64,000 bases of DNA, taken from contig JAOXRX010000062.1 of NCBI GenBank assembly GCA_025800285.1, positions 2,346-66,345 of the forward strand, in the 5' to 3' direction. The translations under genes and the position numbers were made by a program. Under the pieces are notes generated by a model. It saw only the letters and a list, made by a program, of their open reading frames with translations, ran no database searches and was not told where the DNA came from. The stretch's first letter is position 1. Each line of letters starts with the position of its first letter. The DNA comes from Alphaproteobacteria bacterium (GTDB lineage: Bacteria > Pseudomonadota > Alphaproteobacteria > JAOXRX01). This document shows, one piece after another, positions 51,685 to 62,213 of the stretch.

Positions 51685-52058
51685 GTAATGGACGGGCTGT
51701 AAGCCGGGTTCTGTCAAAGATAACTATTCATCTAGATTATACATTACTGCATAATTCTTGCAACCTACCTATCGGTTATAAGGTGTGGGAATACACCTAA
51801 AGAACGAATCTTTTCCCGTTAATTTGGTCTTGCTCCTGATAGGGTTTACCTTGCCTGTAACTATCACTAGCACAGCGGTGAGCTCTTACCTCACCTTTTC
51901 ACCATTACCAACAAAAGCTGGCAGTCTATTCTCTGTGGCACTTTCCCGTAGATTACTCCAGCTGGCCGTTAACCAGTATCATATTCCCATGGAGCCCGGA
52001 CTTTCCTCAAGCACTAGGTTTCCCAATTGTACCCGCAGTTATCACCCATCCATTTAAC
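51685..52058 (-). ncRNA. rnpB: RNase P RNA (bacterial type A).
   Basis: The reverse complement carries the universally conserved blocks GGAAAGTCCGGGCTCCAT, GGTGAAAAGGTGAGGTAAGAGCTCACC, AGGAGCAAGACCAAAT and CTAGATGAATAG...GACAGAACCCGGCTTACAG. Its P1 pairs with the 5' end. The ORF at 51785-52057 is antisense to this RNA. Confidence 0.85.
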
Positions 52059-52151
52059 ATAACTTATAACATATATTAAATTATTAGGCAATAAAAAACC
52101 GCCCTACTTTACAATAGGACGGTTTAATTTACTTAAAAAATAATGCTTAAA

Positions 52152-52655
52152 TTATTTTTTAGCTTCTTCTTTTTCAGTTTTTGCTTTTGGTAATTCAACT
52201 ATTGTTATTTTACCACCAGCTTTTTCAACAGCTTTAACAGCTGCTTCAGAAGCTTTTTGAACTTCTAGTGTTAATTTAGCTTTTAGCTCACCTTTTGCAA
52301 GGATTTTAACACCGCCGTTTTCTAATTTATTGATGATACCAGCTTCTTTAAGAGCTTTAGCATCTAATTTAGCACCGTCTTTTATTTTCTTTCTGTCAAC
52401 AAAGTCTTGTAAAACAGTTAGGTTAACAACAGCATATCTAGTTCTATTGATTGGTGAGAAGCCTCTTTTAGCAAGTCTTCTGAACATATTTGTTTGACCA
52501 CCTTCAAAACCATTTATAGACACACCAGATCTTGATTTTTGACCTTTTTGACCTTTACCAACTGTGTGTCCACCTTTACCAGAACCAATACCTCTACCAA
52601 TTCTAGTTCTGTTTTTTCTAGCACCTTGATTATCTCTTAATTCATTAAGTCTCAT
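52152..52655 (-). CDS. rplO: 50S ribosomal protein L15.
   Basis: The sequence is Gly/Lys-rich and L15-like. It lies downstream of rpmD. Confidence 0.9.
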   Translation of the reverse strand: MRLNELRDNQGARKNRTRIGRGIGSGKGGHTVGKGQKGQKSRSGVSINGFEGGQTNMFRRLAKRGFSPINRTRYAVVNLTVLQDFVDRKKIKDGAKLDAKALKEAGIINKLENGGVKILAKGELKAKLTLEVQKASEAAVKAVEKAGGKITIVELPKAKTEKEEAKK

Positions 52656-52656
52656 G

Positions 52657-52845
52657 TTACTTCTCCTCTACGATAGTTACAAGGTGTTGAACTTTATTGA
52701 TCATACCTCTAACAGATGGAGTATCTTCCAAAGTACTTACACGATGCATTTTGTTAAGTTTTAAACCAATCAAAGTAGCTCTTTGATCTTTAGTTCTACC
52801 AATTGGACTTTTAACTTGTTTAACTGTAATTGTTTTCTTAGCCAT
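52657..52845 (-). CDS. rpmD: 50S ribosomal protein L30.
   Basis: 62 aa, L30-like, in the spc operon position. Confidence 0.85.
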   Translation of the reverse strand: MAKKTITVKQVKSPIGRTKDQRATLIGLKLNKMHRVSTLEDTPSVRGMINKVQHLVTIVEEK

Positions 52846-52847
52846 TT

Positions 52848-53393
52848 TTATGCCTCACTTTCAGAAGCTTCTTCAGCTTCAACTGCATTATTTTTACCAA
52901 GAACTTCACTTACTTTGATACCTCTTCTAGCAGCAACACTTCTTGGGCTTGACATTCTTTTGAAACCTTCAAAAACAGCTTTAACCATGTTATATGGGTT
53001 TGAGCTACCGTTAGATTTCGCAACAACATCTTGTAGACCTAAAGCTTCGAAAACAGCACGAACAGGACCACCAGCGATGATACCAGTACCTGAAGGAGCA
53101 GATCTCATAAATACTTTACCAGCACCAAAGATACCCATTGTATCATGATGTAAAGTTCTACCTTCTCTTAGAGGAACTCTAACCATTGCTTTTTTAGCAT
53201 TTTCTGTAGCTTTTTGGATTGCTGGAGCAACTTCTCTTGCTTTACCAGAACCGTATCCAACTCTACCTTTACCGTCACCAACAACAACTAAAGCAGCGAA
53301 AGACATATTTCTACCACCTTTAACAGTTTTAGCAACACGGTTAATGCTTACTAATTTTTCAATTACTTCTGTATTTTTTTCATTTCTAGCCAT
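52848..53393 (-). CDS. rpsE: 30S ribosomal protein S5.
   Basis: S5 dsRBD and C-terminal domain motifs ([23 protein letters not shown]). Confidence 0.95.
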   Translation of the reverse strand: MARNEKNTEVIEKLVSINRVAKTVKGGRNMSFAALVVVGDGKGRVGYGSGKAREVAPAIQKATENAKKAMVRVPLREGRTLHHDTMGIFGAGKVFMRSAPSGTGIIAGGPVRAVFEALGLQDVVAKSNGSSNPYNMVKAVFEGFKRMSSPRSVAARRGIKVSEVLGKNNAVEAEEASESEA

Positions 53394-53404
53394 CTTTATG
53401 CTCC

Positions 53405-53761
53405 TTAAAATTTTAAGCCAGCTTCACGAGCAGCGTCTGCAAGAGCTTTAACTCTTCCATGGAATAATAGTCCGCTACGATCGAAAACTACTTCTGAGAT
53501 TTTAGCTTTAACAGCTCTTTCAGCAACTAATTTACCAACAGCTTCTGCTGCCATTTTGTTACCACCATTTTTCAAATTTAACTCTTTTTCTAGAGATGAA
53601 GCTGAAACTAAAGTTTTACCAGCAACATCATCAATGATTTGAGCATAAATGTGCTTAGATGAACGATTAACAGATAGTCTTACTTTACCTTTAGAAACTT
53701 TCTTAAGGTTAGCTCTAGATCTATCTTTTCTTCTTTGTCTTCTATCTTGTATTTTAATCAT
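53405..53761 (-). CDS. rplR: 50S ribosomal protein L18.
   Basis: 118 aa, L18-like ([18 protein letters not shown]). Confidence 0.9.
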   Translation of the reverse strand: MIKIQDRRQRRKDRSRANLKKVSKGKVRLSVNRSSKHIYAQIIDDVAGKTLVSASSLEKELNLKNGGNKMAAEAVGKLVAERAVKAKISEVVFDRSGLLFHGRVKALADAAREAGLKF

Positions 53762-53932
53762 ATTAAAATCTTTCTTAAATTTAAATTAAACAATAAAAAA
53801 ACCATCCTATTTATTAATAGAATAGCGATTTAATGTCGTGATTTATGAGGAACAAATCTTCCTCGGGATTTTCAAACATTATTTTTATAACATTACTTTT
53901 AAAAAAATGCAAGCTTTTTATTTATACGAAAG

Positions 53933-54799
53933 CTAAAATATTAACAGTGCAATACCCGACAATATTATAGCCGCAGAAAGAGCTCTAATCTTATTGAATT
54001 TGTTTTTAATAAACATATACTCCAACATAAATATAACAACCAACTCTATACTACCAATACCCGCAACCTTACCTATTGGTAAAAACTTATATGAATACAT
54101 TTGAAGAACAACAGCTATAGTTAGCAAGAATCCCGTAAAAACCAATGGAATTGCATGTTTTTTAGATAGATTTAATATTTTTCTTACATTTTTATGCCTA
54201 ACTTTATAAAAAAACATAAAGAATAAAAACATTATAAAATAAATACTCCAAATAAATGATATAACTGACCCTTCTAATATAGCTTTCTTTGATACAACTC
54301 CAATTAAACTACTTAGTATCATAATTAACACAACAAGCAACCAACCAGATCTTCTAAAATGAAATCTTGATATTCTCTTAACTCTGCTTAATTCTAACAA
54401 TACAGTTCCCGAAACAACAACAAACATACCTAATACATTTAATAAAGAAAAAGTCTCTTTAAGAAAAAGAACTCCCATCAATGCCATCAATAATGGAGTA
54501 GATGCATTTAAAACTGTAATGTAAGATATATCAAACTTTTTTAAAGCCCTGTAATAAAGCAAAGTTTTAGATATATTCAATATAGATAATAAAAAAACAT
54601 AGAACAAGAATAGCCCATTAGATAAATAATGAACTTGATTAAAAAACAAAAGAGGTATTGTCAAAAATAACAAAGGAACCAAGTTTCTATACAATCCCAT
54701 CAAAACATAATCTATTTTTAACTTAGATATAATTCTTTTATCATTTACCTTTTGGAAAGCATAAACGAAACCCATTAAAACTGCTAATAAATAAGACAT
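53933..54799 (-). CDS. EamA/DMT-family permease with ten predicted TM helices.
   Basis: Two EamA-like halves with hydrophobic periodicity. Inserted inside the spc ribosomal operon. Confidence 0.7.
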   Translation of the reverse strand: MSYLLAVLMGFVYAFQKVNDKRIISKLKIDYVLMGLYRNLVPLLFLTIPLLFFNQVHYLSNGLFLFYVFLLSILNISKTLLYYRALKKFDISYITVLNASTPLLMALMGVLFLKETFSLLNVLGMFVVVSGTVLLELSRVKRISRFHFRRSGWLLVVLIMILSSLIGVVSKKAILEGSVISFIWSIYFIMFLFFMFFYKVRHKNVRKILNLSKKHAIPLVFTGFLLTIAVVLQMYSYKFLPIGKVAGIGSIELVVIFMLEYMFIKNKFNKIRALSAAIILSGIALLIF

Positions 54800-54825
54800 C
54801 TAAACTCTTTTCTTTAAATCTAAAA

Positions 54826-55896
54826 TTACAATGATATATAATGCTTCTCTTCTAATATAGAATTACACATTTCCCTATCTATTTCCCCTGATATATTTTG
54901 TTGAAAAATAAATTTAAAATCTTTGTAACTAACATTTTGCCCCAACATCCACATACACTTTGAGCACACACACTCTGGGCTCATATCAAAAGCTTCAATT
55001 ATATTTAAATTCATATTCTTTTGCTCTAATATTTTATACTCTGTATAAGACGTAGTTCCTTCTTTACAAGCACTAGCAACAATAACAGGAATTTCTCTTC
55101 TTCTCAAATTTTCTAAAGTATTAACAAAATTATTTGGCAATATTCCAGTTCCTAAAACCATAAATATAACCGCTTTTAATCTATCATCAGATAATTCTTT
55201 TAAAAATTCAATATCCATATCTGGAGTTAAAGATAAACATAAAACACTGTCATCAAACCCCTTTTTAAAATCTGGAGCTATATCATGCCTTACATACCTA
55301 TCATCGTTTCTTTTTGAAGATAATGATGAGAATATATTATTTGTTACAGCAAAGTCATCTTTATTAAAACTAGAAAAAGAATCCAAACTGATTCTAGAAG
55401 TTCTAGTTGCCCTAGTCCCTAATATTATTTTACTCCCGAACACAACAAAAACTCCCGATAGATTTGTTATAGCAACACAAAGTGAATTAATTAAATTAAT
55501 TTTAGCATCTGTTTTAATCTCATATATTGAATTTCTTGCTCCAGTTAATATAATAGGCTTACCTAAGTTCTGAATAACAAATGAAAGAGCTGAAGATAAA
55601 TACCCCATAGTATCTGCCCCTGTTGTAATGACAAAACCATCATATTCATTATATTTTTCTTCAATAATATTAATTATTTTATTCCACTTATCAAGTGTTA
55701 CATTATGAGAAAAACCTTGAGAAACGACTTCTACATCCATAGAAGCTATATGATCAATACCTGGAACATGATTCATTATATCTTTTGCTACATCATTATC
55801 TTCAATCCTACTATCTAAGACAGGACTATCATCAACAGATGGCTTCATTGTTATCACACCACCACAAACCAGAACTAAAACTTTTTTATTAAACAA
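54826..55896 (-). CDS. L-asparaginase/glutaminase family protein (type I-like) with a substituted nucleophile motif.
   Basis: N-terminal VLVLVCGGVITM where AnsA has AYTGGTIGM, and TTGADTMGY where AnsA has HGTDTM. The fold is recognisable but the first catalytic Thr appears replaced by Val. Confidence 0.65.
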   Translation of the reverse strand: MFNKKVLVLVCGGVITMKPSVDDSPVLDSRIEDNDVAKDIMNHVPGIDHIASMDVEVVSQGFSHNVTLDKWNKIINIIEEKYNEYDGFVITTGADTMGYLSSALSFVIQNLGKPIILTGARNSIYEIKTDAKINLINSLCVAITNLSGVFVVFGSKIILGTRATRTSRISLDSFSSFNKDDFAVTNNIFSSLSSKRNDDRYVRHDIAPDFKKGFDDSVLCLSLTPDMDIEFLKELSDDRLKAVIFMVLGTGILPNNFVNTLENLRRREIPVIVASACKEGTTSYTEYKILEQKNMNLNIIEAFDMSPECVCSKCMWMLGQNVSYKDFKFIFQQNISGEIDREMCNSILEEKHYISL

Positions 55897-55992
55897 TTTA
55901 ATCCTCCTGTTTTTTTAAATTATACTTATACAAAATAAATAATTTTGCAAGAAAAAATTATTTTTTATAAAATAAAATGATTAAATAAATAT

Positions 55993-56364
55993 TTAAGATT
56001 TAGAAAAATATATAACTCTGCTACTATCTTTTTTTCTTTTGATGAAAATGCCTTTTTTTCTAAGAGATGACTCTCTGAACTTATCATCTGCATTTTTTAT
56101 GAATTTATCAAATTTTGCTTTATTAGTTGAGGTGTTAGCATTACCAGAAACACCCATTTCTCTAAAGTAAAATTTAACACCACTAGCTATAATAGATTTA
56201 AAATATTTAAAGTCTTTATGAGACATCGATCTACTATGATTATCAAAATGCTCTTCAACAGAGAATCTATCTTCTGACATTTTTATAGTGCTATTTCTCA
56301 GTTTAAAAGTTACATTTTGAATCTGATTATCATAAATTTGAACATGTATAGTTTTATTTTGCAT
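55993..56364 (-). CDS. Hypothetical protein, 123 aa.
   Basis: ORF only. It is the first gene of the cassette inserted between rplF and rplR. Confidence 0.4.
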   Translation of the reverse strand: MQNKTIHVQIYDNQIQNVTFKLRNSTIKMSEDRFSVEEHFDNHSRSMSHKDFKYFKSIIASGVKFYFREMGVSGNANTSTNKAKFDKFIKNADDKFRESSLRKKGIFIKRKKDSSRVIYFSKS

Positions 56365-56534
56365 TTTTACCTCTTATATAACTAATATTAAAAAGCTATA
56401 ATATCATAAAAAAGAGCTTTTTTCAACAAAAGATATGTCATTTAGCATAAAAAATGCAGAAATTAATTTTAGCATCAAACATATGATTTATGATATAAAA
56501 AAACATCCATTAACAGGGATACTCCCTTAAATAT

Positions 56535-56725
56535 AAAAAATATATTTATCTGAATTTTAGATTTGATTTCAACGACCGCGGTGTAAAATAAATTAACCAT
56601 AAAAAAATCCCAACATAATGTCGGGATTTAGTTCTTTGGAAAGAAATATATTTATATAAATTTCAGATTTTGTTTCAATGGCCGTGGTGTAGAATACACT
56701 ACATGAGTTAGCCATTGAAACAAAA
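56535..56725. repeat. Palindromic repeat module. A full element lies at 56640-56725, with a 15-bp perfect stem ttttgtttcaatggc/gccattgaaacaaaa. A truncated half copy lies at 56535-56600. A minus-strand terminator hairpin (aaatccc/gggattt plus T7) sits between them at 56605-56639.
   Basis: About 80% identity over roughly 50 nt between the copies. The hairpin followed by a T-run reads as a terminator for the minus-strand rplF transcript. Confidence 0.6.
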
Positions 56726-56743
56726 AAATAAAATCTATAAAAA

Positions 56744-57274
56744 CTATTTCTTTTTACCTTCTTTTCTGATAATAACTTCATCAGAGTATTTAACACCTTT
56801 ACCTTTATAAGGCTCTGGTTTTCTCCATGCTCTGATATCAGCTGCTACTTGACCAACTTTTTGTTTGTCAGCACCAGATATTACTAATACAGTTGGTTTT
56901 TCAGCTTTAGCTTCAACACCTTCTGGTAACTCATAGTTAACATCATGTGAGAAACCTAAGTTTAGTTTTACAACTCTACCTTGAACTTGAGCTTTATAAC
57001 CAACACCATTGATTTCTAATGTTTTTGAAAAACCTTTTGAAACACCTTCAACAAGATTATTAATTAAAGCTCTTGTTGTTGCCCACATTGGAGTAGGCTT
57101 TGCTTCATTTGCTGGTTTTACAACGATTTCATTTTCGTTTTTCTCAACAACAGCATCAGCATGTATAGGCATTGATAATTGACCTAATTTCCCTTTAACA
57201 GAGATTTCGTTATCAGCAATAGTAACTTCTACACCTTCTGGAATAGCTACAGGACGATTTCCAATTCTTGACAT
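56744..57274 (-). CDS. rplF: 50S ribosomal protein L6.
   Basis: 176 aa, L6-like. Confidence 0.95.
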   Translation of the reverse strand: MSRIGNRPVAIPEGVEVTIADNEISVKGKLGQLSMPIHADAVVEKNENEIVVKPANEAKPTPMWATTRALINNLVEGVSKGFSKTLEINGVGYKAQVQGRVVKLNLGFSHDVNYELPEGVEAKAEKPTVLVISGADKQKVGQVAADIRAWRKPEPYKGKGVKYSDEVIIRKEGKKK

Positions 57275-57288
57275 AATCTTCTACCCTC

Positions 57289-57687
57289 CTAAAATACTTT
57301 TGCTAGAACTTCGCCACCTAAGTGAGCTGCTCTTGCATTGTGGTCACTCATAACACCTTTTGGTGTTGATACGATACAGATACCAAGTCCGTTATAGTAT
57401 TTTGGTAAATCTTTAATTTTTGAGTAAACTCTTCTTGAAGGTTTTGAAACTCTGTGAAGTTCTTTAATAGCACCTTCATCATCAAAGTATTTTAATACTA
57501 CTGAGATTTCATCGAAACCTTTATCATTTTTAGCTACTGAATAATCAGAGATATAACCTTCTTCTTTTAACACTGCTAAAACAGACAGTCTTAGTTTTGA
57601 AGATGGACTTGTAATTGTTTTTAACTTAGCTTGCTGGCCGTTTCTAATACGAGCTAGCATATCGCCTAATGGATCTATAATTGCCAT
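57289..57687 (-). CDS. rpsH: 30S ribosomal protein S8.
   Basis: 132 aa, S8-like. Confidence 0.95.
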   Translation of the reverse strand: MAIIDPLGDMLARIRNGQQAKLKTITSPSSKLRLSVLAVLKEEGYISDYSVAKNDKGFDEISVVLKYFDDEGAIKELHRVSKPSRRVYSKIKDLPKYYNGLGICIVSTPKGVMSDHNARAAHLGGEVLAKVF

Positions 57688-57705
57688 AATTTTGTGCTCC
57701 TTTCC

Positions 57706-58008
57706 TTACCAGCTTGATTTCTTAACACCTGGAAGTAAACCAAGTGAAGCTAATTTTCTTAAACATATACGACACATGCCGAATTTTCTGTAAACAGAAT
57801 GAGGTCTACCGCATATACGACATCTTCTTTGATATCTAATTGGATTTCCATCTTTTGGAAGATTATTTAATTCTTGACAAGCTGCGAATACTTCAGCTGG
57901 ATCACCAGATCTTTTAATTTTAGATTTGATTCTTGATCTTTTAGCTTGTTGCTTAAGAATTTTAACACCTCTTTTTTTATTTTTATCAGCCATACTTACT
58001 TTTGACAT
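57706..58008 (-). CDS. rpsN: 30S ribosomal protein S14 (long, 100-aa form).
   Basis: C-terminal [22 protein letters not shown]. Confidence 0.9.
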   Translation of the reverse strand: MSKVSMADKNKKRGVKILKQQAKRSRIKSKIKRSGDPAEVFAACQELNNLPKDGNPIRYQRRCRICGRPHSVYRKFGMCRICLRKLASLGLLPGVKKSSW

Positions 58009-58017
58009 AGCTACCTC

Positions 58018-58560
58018 CTAATTTTTAAATGGAAGCTTGAACTTTGATAACAAAGCTTTTGCTTCTTCATTTGTTTTTGCAGTTGTACAAATCACAACGT
58101 TTAAACCACGGATTTGATCAACTTTATCAAAATCGATTTCTGGGAAAATTATTTGCTCTTTGATACCCATAGAGTAATTACCTCTACCATCAAAAGCTTT
58201 TCCTGAAATACCACGGAAGTCTCTAACTCTTGGTAAAGAGATAGTAACTAGTCTATCTAAGAAATCATACATTCTGTCTTTTCTTAGAGTAACTTTAGCA
58301 CCGATTGGCATACCTTCTCTAAGTTTGAACTGAGCTATAGATTTTTTAGCTTTAGTAACAACAGCTTTTTGACCAGCAATTAAAGTTAGCTCATCAGCAG
58401 CATTTTGCACTTTTTTCTTATCATTAATTCCTTCACCAACACCCATGTTTAACACGATTTTAGTGATTTTTGGAATTTCCATAACATTTTTATAACCAAA
58501 TTCTTCTTGAAGTTCTTTAGCTATTTTATCGTTATATAATTCTTTTAATCTTGATGTCAT
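58018..58560 (-). CDS. rplE: 50S ribosomal protein L5.
   Basis: 180 aa, L5-like. Confidence 0.95.
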   Translation of the reverse strand: MTSRLKELYNDKIAKELQEEFGYKNVMEIPKITKIVLNMGVGEGINDKKKVQNAADELTLIAGQKAVVTKAKKSIAQFKLREGMPIGAKVTLRKDRMYDFLDRLVTISLPRVRDFRGISGKAFDGRGNYSMGIKEQIIFPEIDFDKVDQIRGLNVVICTTAKTNEEAKALLSKFKLPFKN

Positions 58561-58572
58561 TTGCTATTCTCC

Positions 58573-58887
58573 TTAATCAATAACTTCGCCAGATTTTTTT
58601 GCAAATCTCACTTTTTTACCATCTTTAAGAACTTTAAATCCAACTCTTGTTGGTTTTTTAGTTTTTGGATCGATAATAGCAACATTTGAAACATCAATAG
58701 CCATTTCTTTTTCAACGATTCCACCAGCAGACATTGGAGATGGTTTTACATGTTTTTTCACCATGTTTACACCAGCAACAATAACTTTGTTATCTTTTGG
58801 TAGAGACTTAACAACTTCGCCTGTTTTTCCTTTATCTTTACCAGATAAAACAATAACATTATCACCTTTTTTAATTTTAGAAGCCAT
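58573..58887 (-). CDS. rplX: 50S ribosomal protein L24.
   Basis: KOW motif [21 protein letters not shown]. Confidence 0.95.
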   Translation of the reverse strand: MASKIKKGDNVIVLSGKDKGKTGEVVKSLPKDNKVIVAGVNMVKKHVKPSPMSAGGIVEKEMAIDVSNVAIIDPKTKKPTRVGFKVLKDGKKVRFAKKSGEVID

Positions 58888-58888
58888 A

Positions 58889-59263
58889 TTATAGCACCTC
58901 CGAAGCTAGTGAAACGATTTTCATCATACCAGGAACTTCTCTCATTTCTCTTGGGATAGGTCCAAAGATACGAGTACCAATCATTTCTTTTGAGTTTTTA
59001 TTAAGAATAACAGCTGCATTATTATCAAACTTGATAGTTGAGCCATCTTTTCTTTTAATTTCTTTTGTAGTTCTAACTACAACAGCCATAACTACATCAC
59101 CTTTACTTACTTTACCGTTTGGAGCAGCTTCTTTAACAGATGCCATAATGATATCGCCCACACGAGCATATCTTCTATGAGATCCACCTAAAACTTTAAT
59201 GCACTGCACTCGTTTTGCGCCTGAGTTATCAGCAACGGTCAAGTTGGTTTGCATTTGAATCAT
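58889..59263 (-). CDS. rplN: 50S ribosomal protein L14.
   Basis: [28 protein letters not shown]. Confidence 0.95.
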   Translation of the reverse strand: MIQMQTNLTVADNSGAKRVQCIKVLGGSHRRYARVGDIIMASVKEAAPNGKVSKGDVVMAVVVRTTKEIKRKDGSTIKFDNNAAVILNKNSKEMIGTRIFGPIPREMREVPGMMKIVSLASEVL

Positions 59264-59767
59264 ATTTTTATTTCCTAATCATTATTAAATGCACGAATAA
59301 ATGCAGACAGAAAAAAGAAATATTTTGTCAAGCAGTCAAATACCTATATGTATGTGACACTTGCCAAAACTTTTTTTGTATACATTTCTCGCACATTTTC
59401 TAACGATTAACCATGCAAAAATTGCAAACAAAATTCTTTTCAGCGAACACATTTTTAAACTAGTCTCTAATAACAATTAACCTTTCTTAGTTAGTTTTAA
59501 AAATATTTATAGATTATCTTAGAGTAATTCTAAAAAAATCTAACTTGTTGCCATTTTAAGGTTGACAAAACCTTTATTTTTTTCAAAAAAAGAATCTTAA
59601 GAAAAACCAGCTACAACTTAAATTGCACGATGTTAATCTTATTATTCTTTTATTATCAATGACTTAAGTAAGATGAAAACCTCACAAAAACCATCTATTT
59701 GATTAAAGAAAATATACTATATTTTAGATTAAAAGTCAAGAGAAATACAAAATTATATTTAGAGCGC

Positions 59768-60445
59768 CTAAGGATATATATTAGAAGAAATAGAGCTTTT
59801 TGAAGTTACAAGTAAATGATCTTTTGAATACTTTGATATATATTTTAATGCTAATTTTACTACATCAGAATCACTATCTTTTAACTTTTGCTTTACAGCT
59901 AAAAAAACTCTTTCATCATTTATCTCTGATGATAAAGATTTTAATGCAGACTCTCTAACAAAAAAATCATCATCATTTAAACTATTCAAAAGAGCTTCTT
60001 TAATATTTTTTCTATGAGATACAGGAGATAAAGCTTGTACTATATTTCTTCTTACATCTGCATAAGAGAATTCATCCCCTAATTCTTGCAGTAAACATTT
60101 TTGGACATTTTCATTATTTACATTATAAGAAAGAGATTTTATTGCAGCTCTCCTTATAAGAAAATCATCATGCCCTGCATTATACTTAATTTTATCAAAG
60201 ATTTCTTTTTCACAACTCACTGGCGATAAAGCTATTAAAGCACACTCAAGCATATGAGAAGAAGATGTTTCATCAACAATCTTAATAAGAGCATCTCTAA
60301 TCTCTCTATTATCTTTAACAAATAAAGATAATTCAGCAAATAACTCGTTTCTTTTTTCAGGAAAAAATATAGGATTTATGCTTTTTAACCTCTGCAGAAG
60401 GTGCTTGTGTTTATTTTTATCATTTTTCAATACTCTCTCCTCCAT
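59768..60445 (-). CDS. HEAT-repeat (PBS-lyase-type) protein, about 225 aa.
   Basis: Repeated helical pairs of the pattern ...R..AI.AL... The start is set at MEERV, which has RBS AAGGAGA; the longer ORF extends to 60496. Confidence 0.55.
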   Translation of the reverse strand: MEERVLKNDKNKHKHLLQRLKSINPIFFPEKRNELFAELSLFVKDNREIRDALIKIVDETSSSHMLECALIALSPVSCEKEIFDKIKYNAGHDDFLIRRAAIKSLSYNVNNENVQKCLLQELGDEFSYADVRRNIVQALSPVSHRKNIKEALLNSLNDDDFFVRESALKSLSSEINDERVFLAVKQKLKDSDSDVVKLALKYISKYSKDHLLVTSKSSISSNIYP

Positions 60446-60516
60446 AAAAATCTCCTTAATAAACATTATAATAACATAAAAGAATAAAATTTTCAAATGT
60501 CTAATATTAAAGCATT

Positions 60517-61467
60517 CTAAGCCTTATTAAGCAAAGCAGAGTGAAGCATTAAGTTAACCAAGTTTCTTTTATTTATTCCAAAAGATTTAGACTGACATGG
60601 TAAATCACTAGTATTTGTCATCCCAGGCAATGTATTAACTTCTAATACATAAAACCTACCCTCTTCTGTAAGTATAAAATCAACTCTTGAAAATCCCGAG
60701 CAGCTTAACTCTTTAAAAGCTTTTACAGCTATACTCTTTATTTCATTACTTATAAAGCTATCTATATTTGCTGGAGATGTATGTATTAAAGCTCCTTCTG
60801 TATATTTATTATTATAATCATAATTACCATTTTTAACTTCAACCTCTAATATATCAGTTGCAAAAATATGATTATTTAACTGCAAAACACCTACAGTTAA
60901 CTCTCTACCAATTAATAACTCTTCTATTATAGGCTTAGAATTGCAATTCTCCACCTCTTTTAATATAGTTTGCAATTCTTGTTTATTATTAGCTACACCA
61001 GAAGCAAGGCTTGAGCCCTGATCTATAGGCTTACAAAAAACAGGATAATTTATCTGACTAGAGTCAGAATATGACTTAGGAACTAAAACACCTGCTTTAT
61101 TTAAATGTTTTTTAGTCTTCTCTTTATTCATACATAAAGAACTAGCTAATACTCCTGAGCCTGTGTAAGGAATTCCAATATTTTCTAGAATTGATTGAAT
61201 ATAACCATCTTCACCATATGTTCCGTGTAATGCAAGAAAAGCTATATCTATTTCAAAGCATTTGAGTTCACTTTTATAATCACCTTTTAAATCAACTATA
61301 AAAGAATTATAATACCCTAAACCTTTAAGAGCCTCATAACAATTCTCACCACTTTTAAGAGAAACTTTTCTTTCTCTTGATTTTCCACCACATATTACCG
61401 CTATTTTTGCATTTTTACTTATATCATTTAAATTATTTATAACATTTAAAAGTAATTCTTTTTCCAT
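60517..61467 (-). CDS. ddl: D-alanine--D-alanine ligase.
   Basis: ATP-grasp Ddl motifs (HGTYGEDG, NTLPGMT), 316 aa. RBS AAGGAGA. Confidence 0.85.
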   Translation of the reverse strand: MEKELLLNVINNLNDISKNAKIAVICGGKSRERKVSLKSGENCYEALKGLGYYNSFIVDLKGDYKSELKCFEIDIAFLALHGTYGEDGYIQSILENIGIPYTGSGVLASSLCMNKEKTKKHLNKAGVLVPKSYSDSSQINYPVFCKPIDQGSSLASGVANNKQELQTILKEVENCNSKPIIEELLIGRELTVGVLQLNNHIFATDILEVEVKNGNYDYNNKYTEGALIHTSPANIDSFISNEIKSIAVKAFKELSCSGFSRVDFILTEEGRFYVLEVNTLPGMTNTSDLPCQSKSFGINKRNLVNLMLHSALLNKA

Positions 61468-61605
61468 ATAAAATCTCCTTAATAAATATTAATAACATTA
61501 TATTAATAACTTTTTTAAATTCAATAATAAAAAAATAAATAAATTATTTATTGTCGCGGAGATGTATTAACTTCATAATAAAAAATTATATAGACTAAAT
61601 ATAAA

Positions 61606-61640
61606 AAAAGCCCCGCTATCGCTGAGGCTTTTATTATTTG
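61606..61640 (-). terminator. Possible terminator downstream of rpsQ. On the minus strand it reads hairpin aagcc..ggctt followed by T7.
   Basis: Short stem with flanking A- and T-runs. Confidence 0.3.
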
Positions 61641-61776
61641 TAATATCTAAAAAAAGTTTCTAACTTAATTTATTAAGTAATTTTTAAATTGATTTAGACT
61701 GTGAAGCGAGCCCTTGCCTATACATTAAAGTATTGCTATGAGGGTAAGCTTCACAAAAATAAATCAAGAATAAAAA

Positions 61777-62004
61777 CTATTTAATAACTTTAAACTTTTT
61801 CTTTTTAGAAATTGGAGCACATTCTTCAATTCTAACAACATCTCCCACTTTACATGAATTATCTTCATCGTGAGCAGAATATTTTTTAGATTTCTTAACG
61901 AACTTCTTGTATAAAGGATGCATAACTTGTCTAGTTACTAGAACTGTTACTGTTTTATCAGCTTTGTCTGATACAACTTCTCCTTGTAGTATTCTTTTAG
62001 GCAT
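61777..62004 (-). CDS. rpsQ: 30S ribosomal protein S17.
   Basis: 75 aa, S17-like ([18 protein letters not shown]). Confidence 0.95.
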   Translation of the reverse strand: MPKRILQGEVVSDKADKTVTVLVTRQVMHPLYKKFVKKSKKYSAHDEDNSCKVGDVVRIEECAPISKKKKFKVIK

Positions 62005-62198
62005 TATTTTTCACCTTTCTTTTCTGATAATACTGTTTTGATTTTTGCTACAGTTTTTTTAACTTCGCTCATTCTAGCAGTATTTTCAAGTTGGCCACTA
62101 GCTTTTTGGAATCTAAGATTGAAAAGTTCTTTTTTCAAAGAAACGATTTCCGCTTTTAATTCATCGATGCTTTTAGCTCTAATATCTGTAATTTTCAT
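62004..62198 (-). CDS. rpmC: 50S ribosomal protein L29.
   Basis: 64 aa, L29-like. Confidence 0.9.
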   Translation of the reverse strand: MKITDIRAKSIDELKAEIVSLKKELFNLRFQKASGQLENTARMSEVKKTVAKIKTVLSEKKGEK

Positions 62199-62213
62199 TT
62201 TTAAATTCCCTTT

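Noticed and set aside
51785-52057. 90-aa ORF (MGIHLKNESFPVNL...) on the plus strand
   Set aside because: It lies exactly antisense to the RNase P RNA gene, whose conserved blocks are unambiguous on the minus strand. The ORF is a by-product of the structured-RNA sequence.
52783-53148. 121-aa plus-strand ORF overlapping rpmD and rpsE
   Set aside because: It is antisense to highly conserved ribosomal protein genes.
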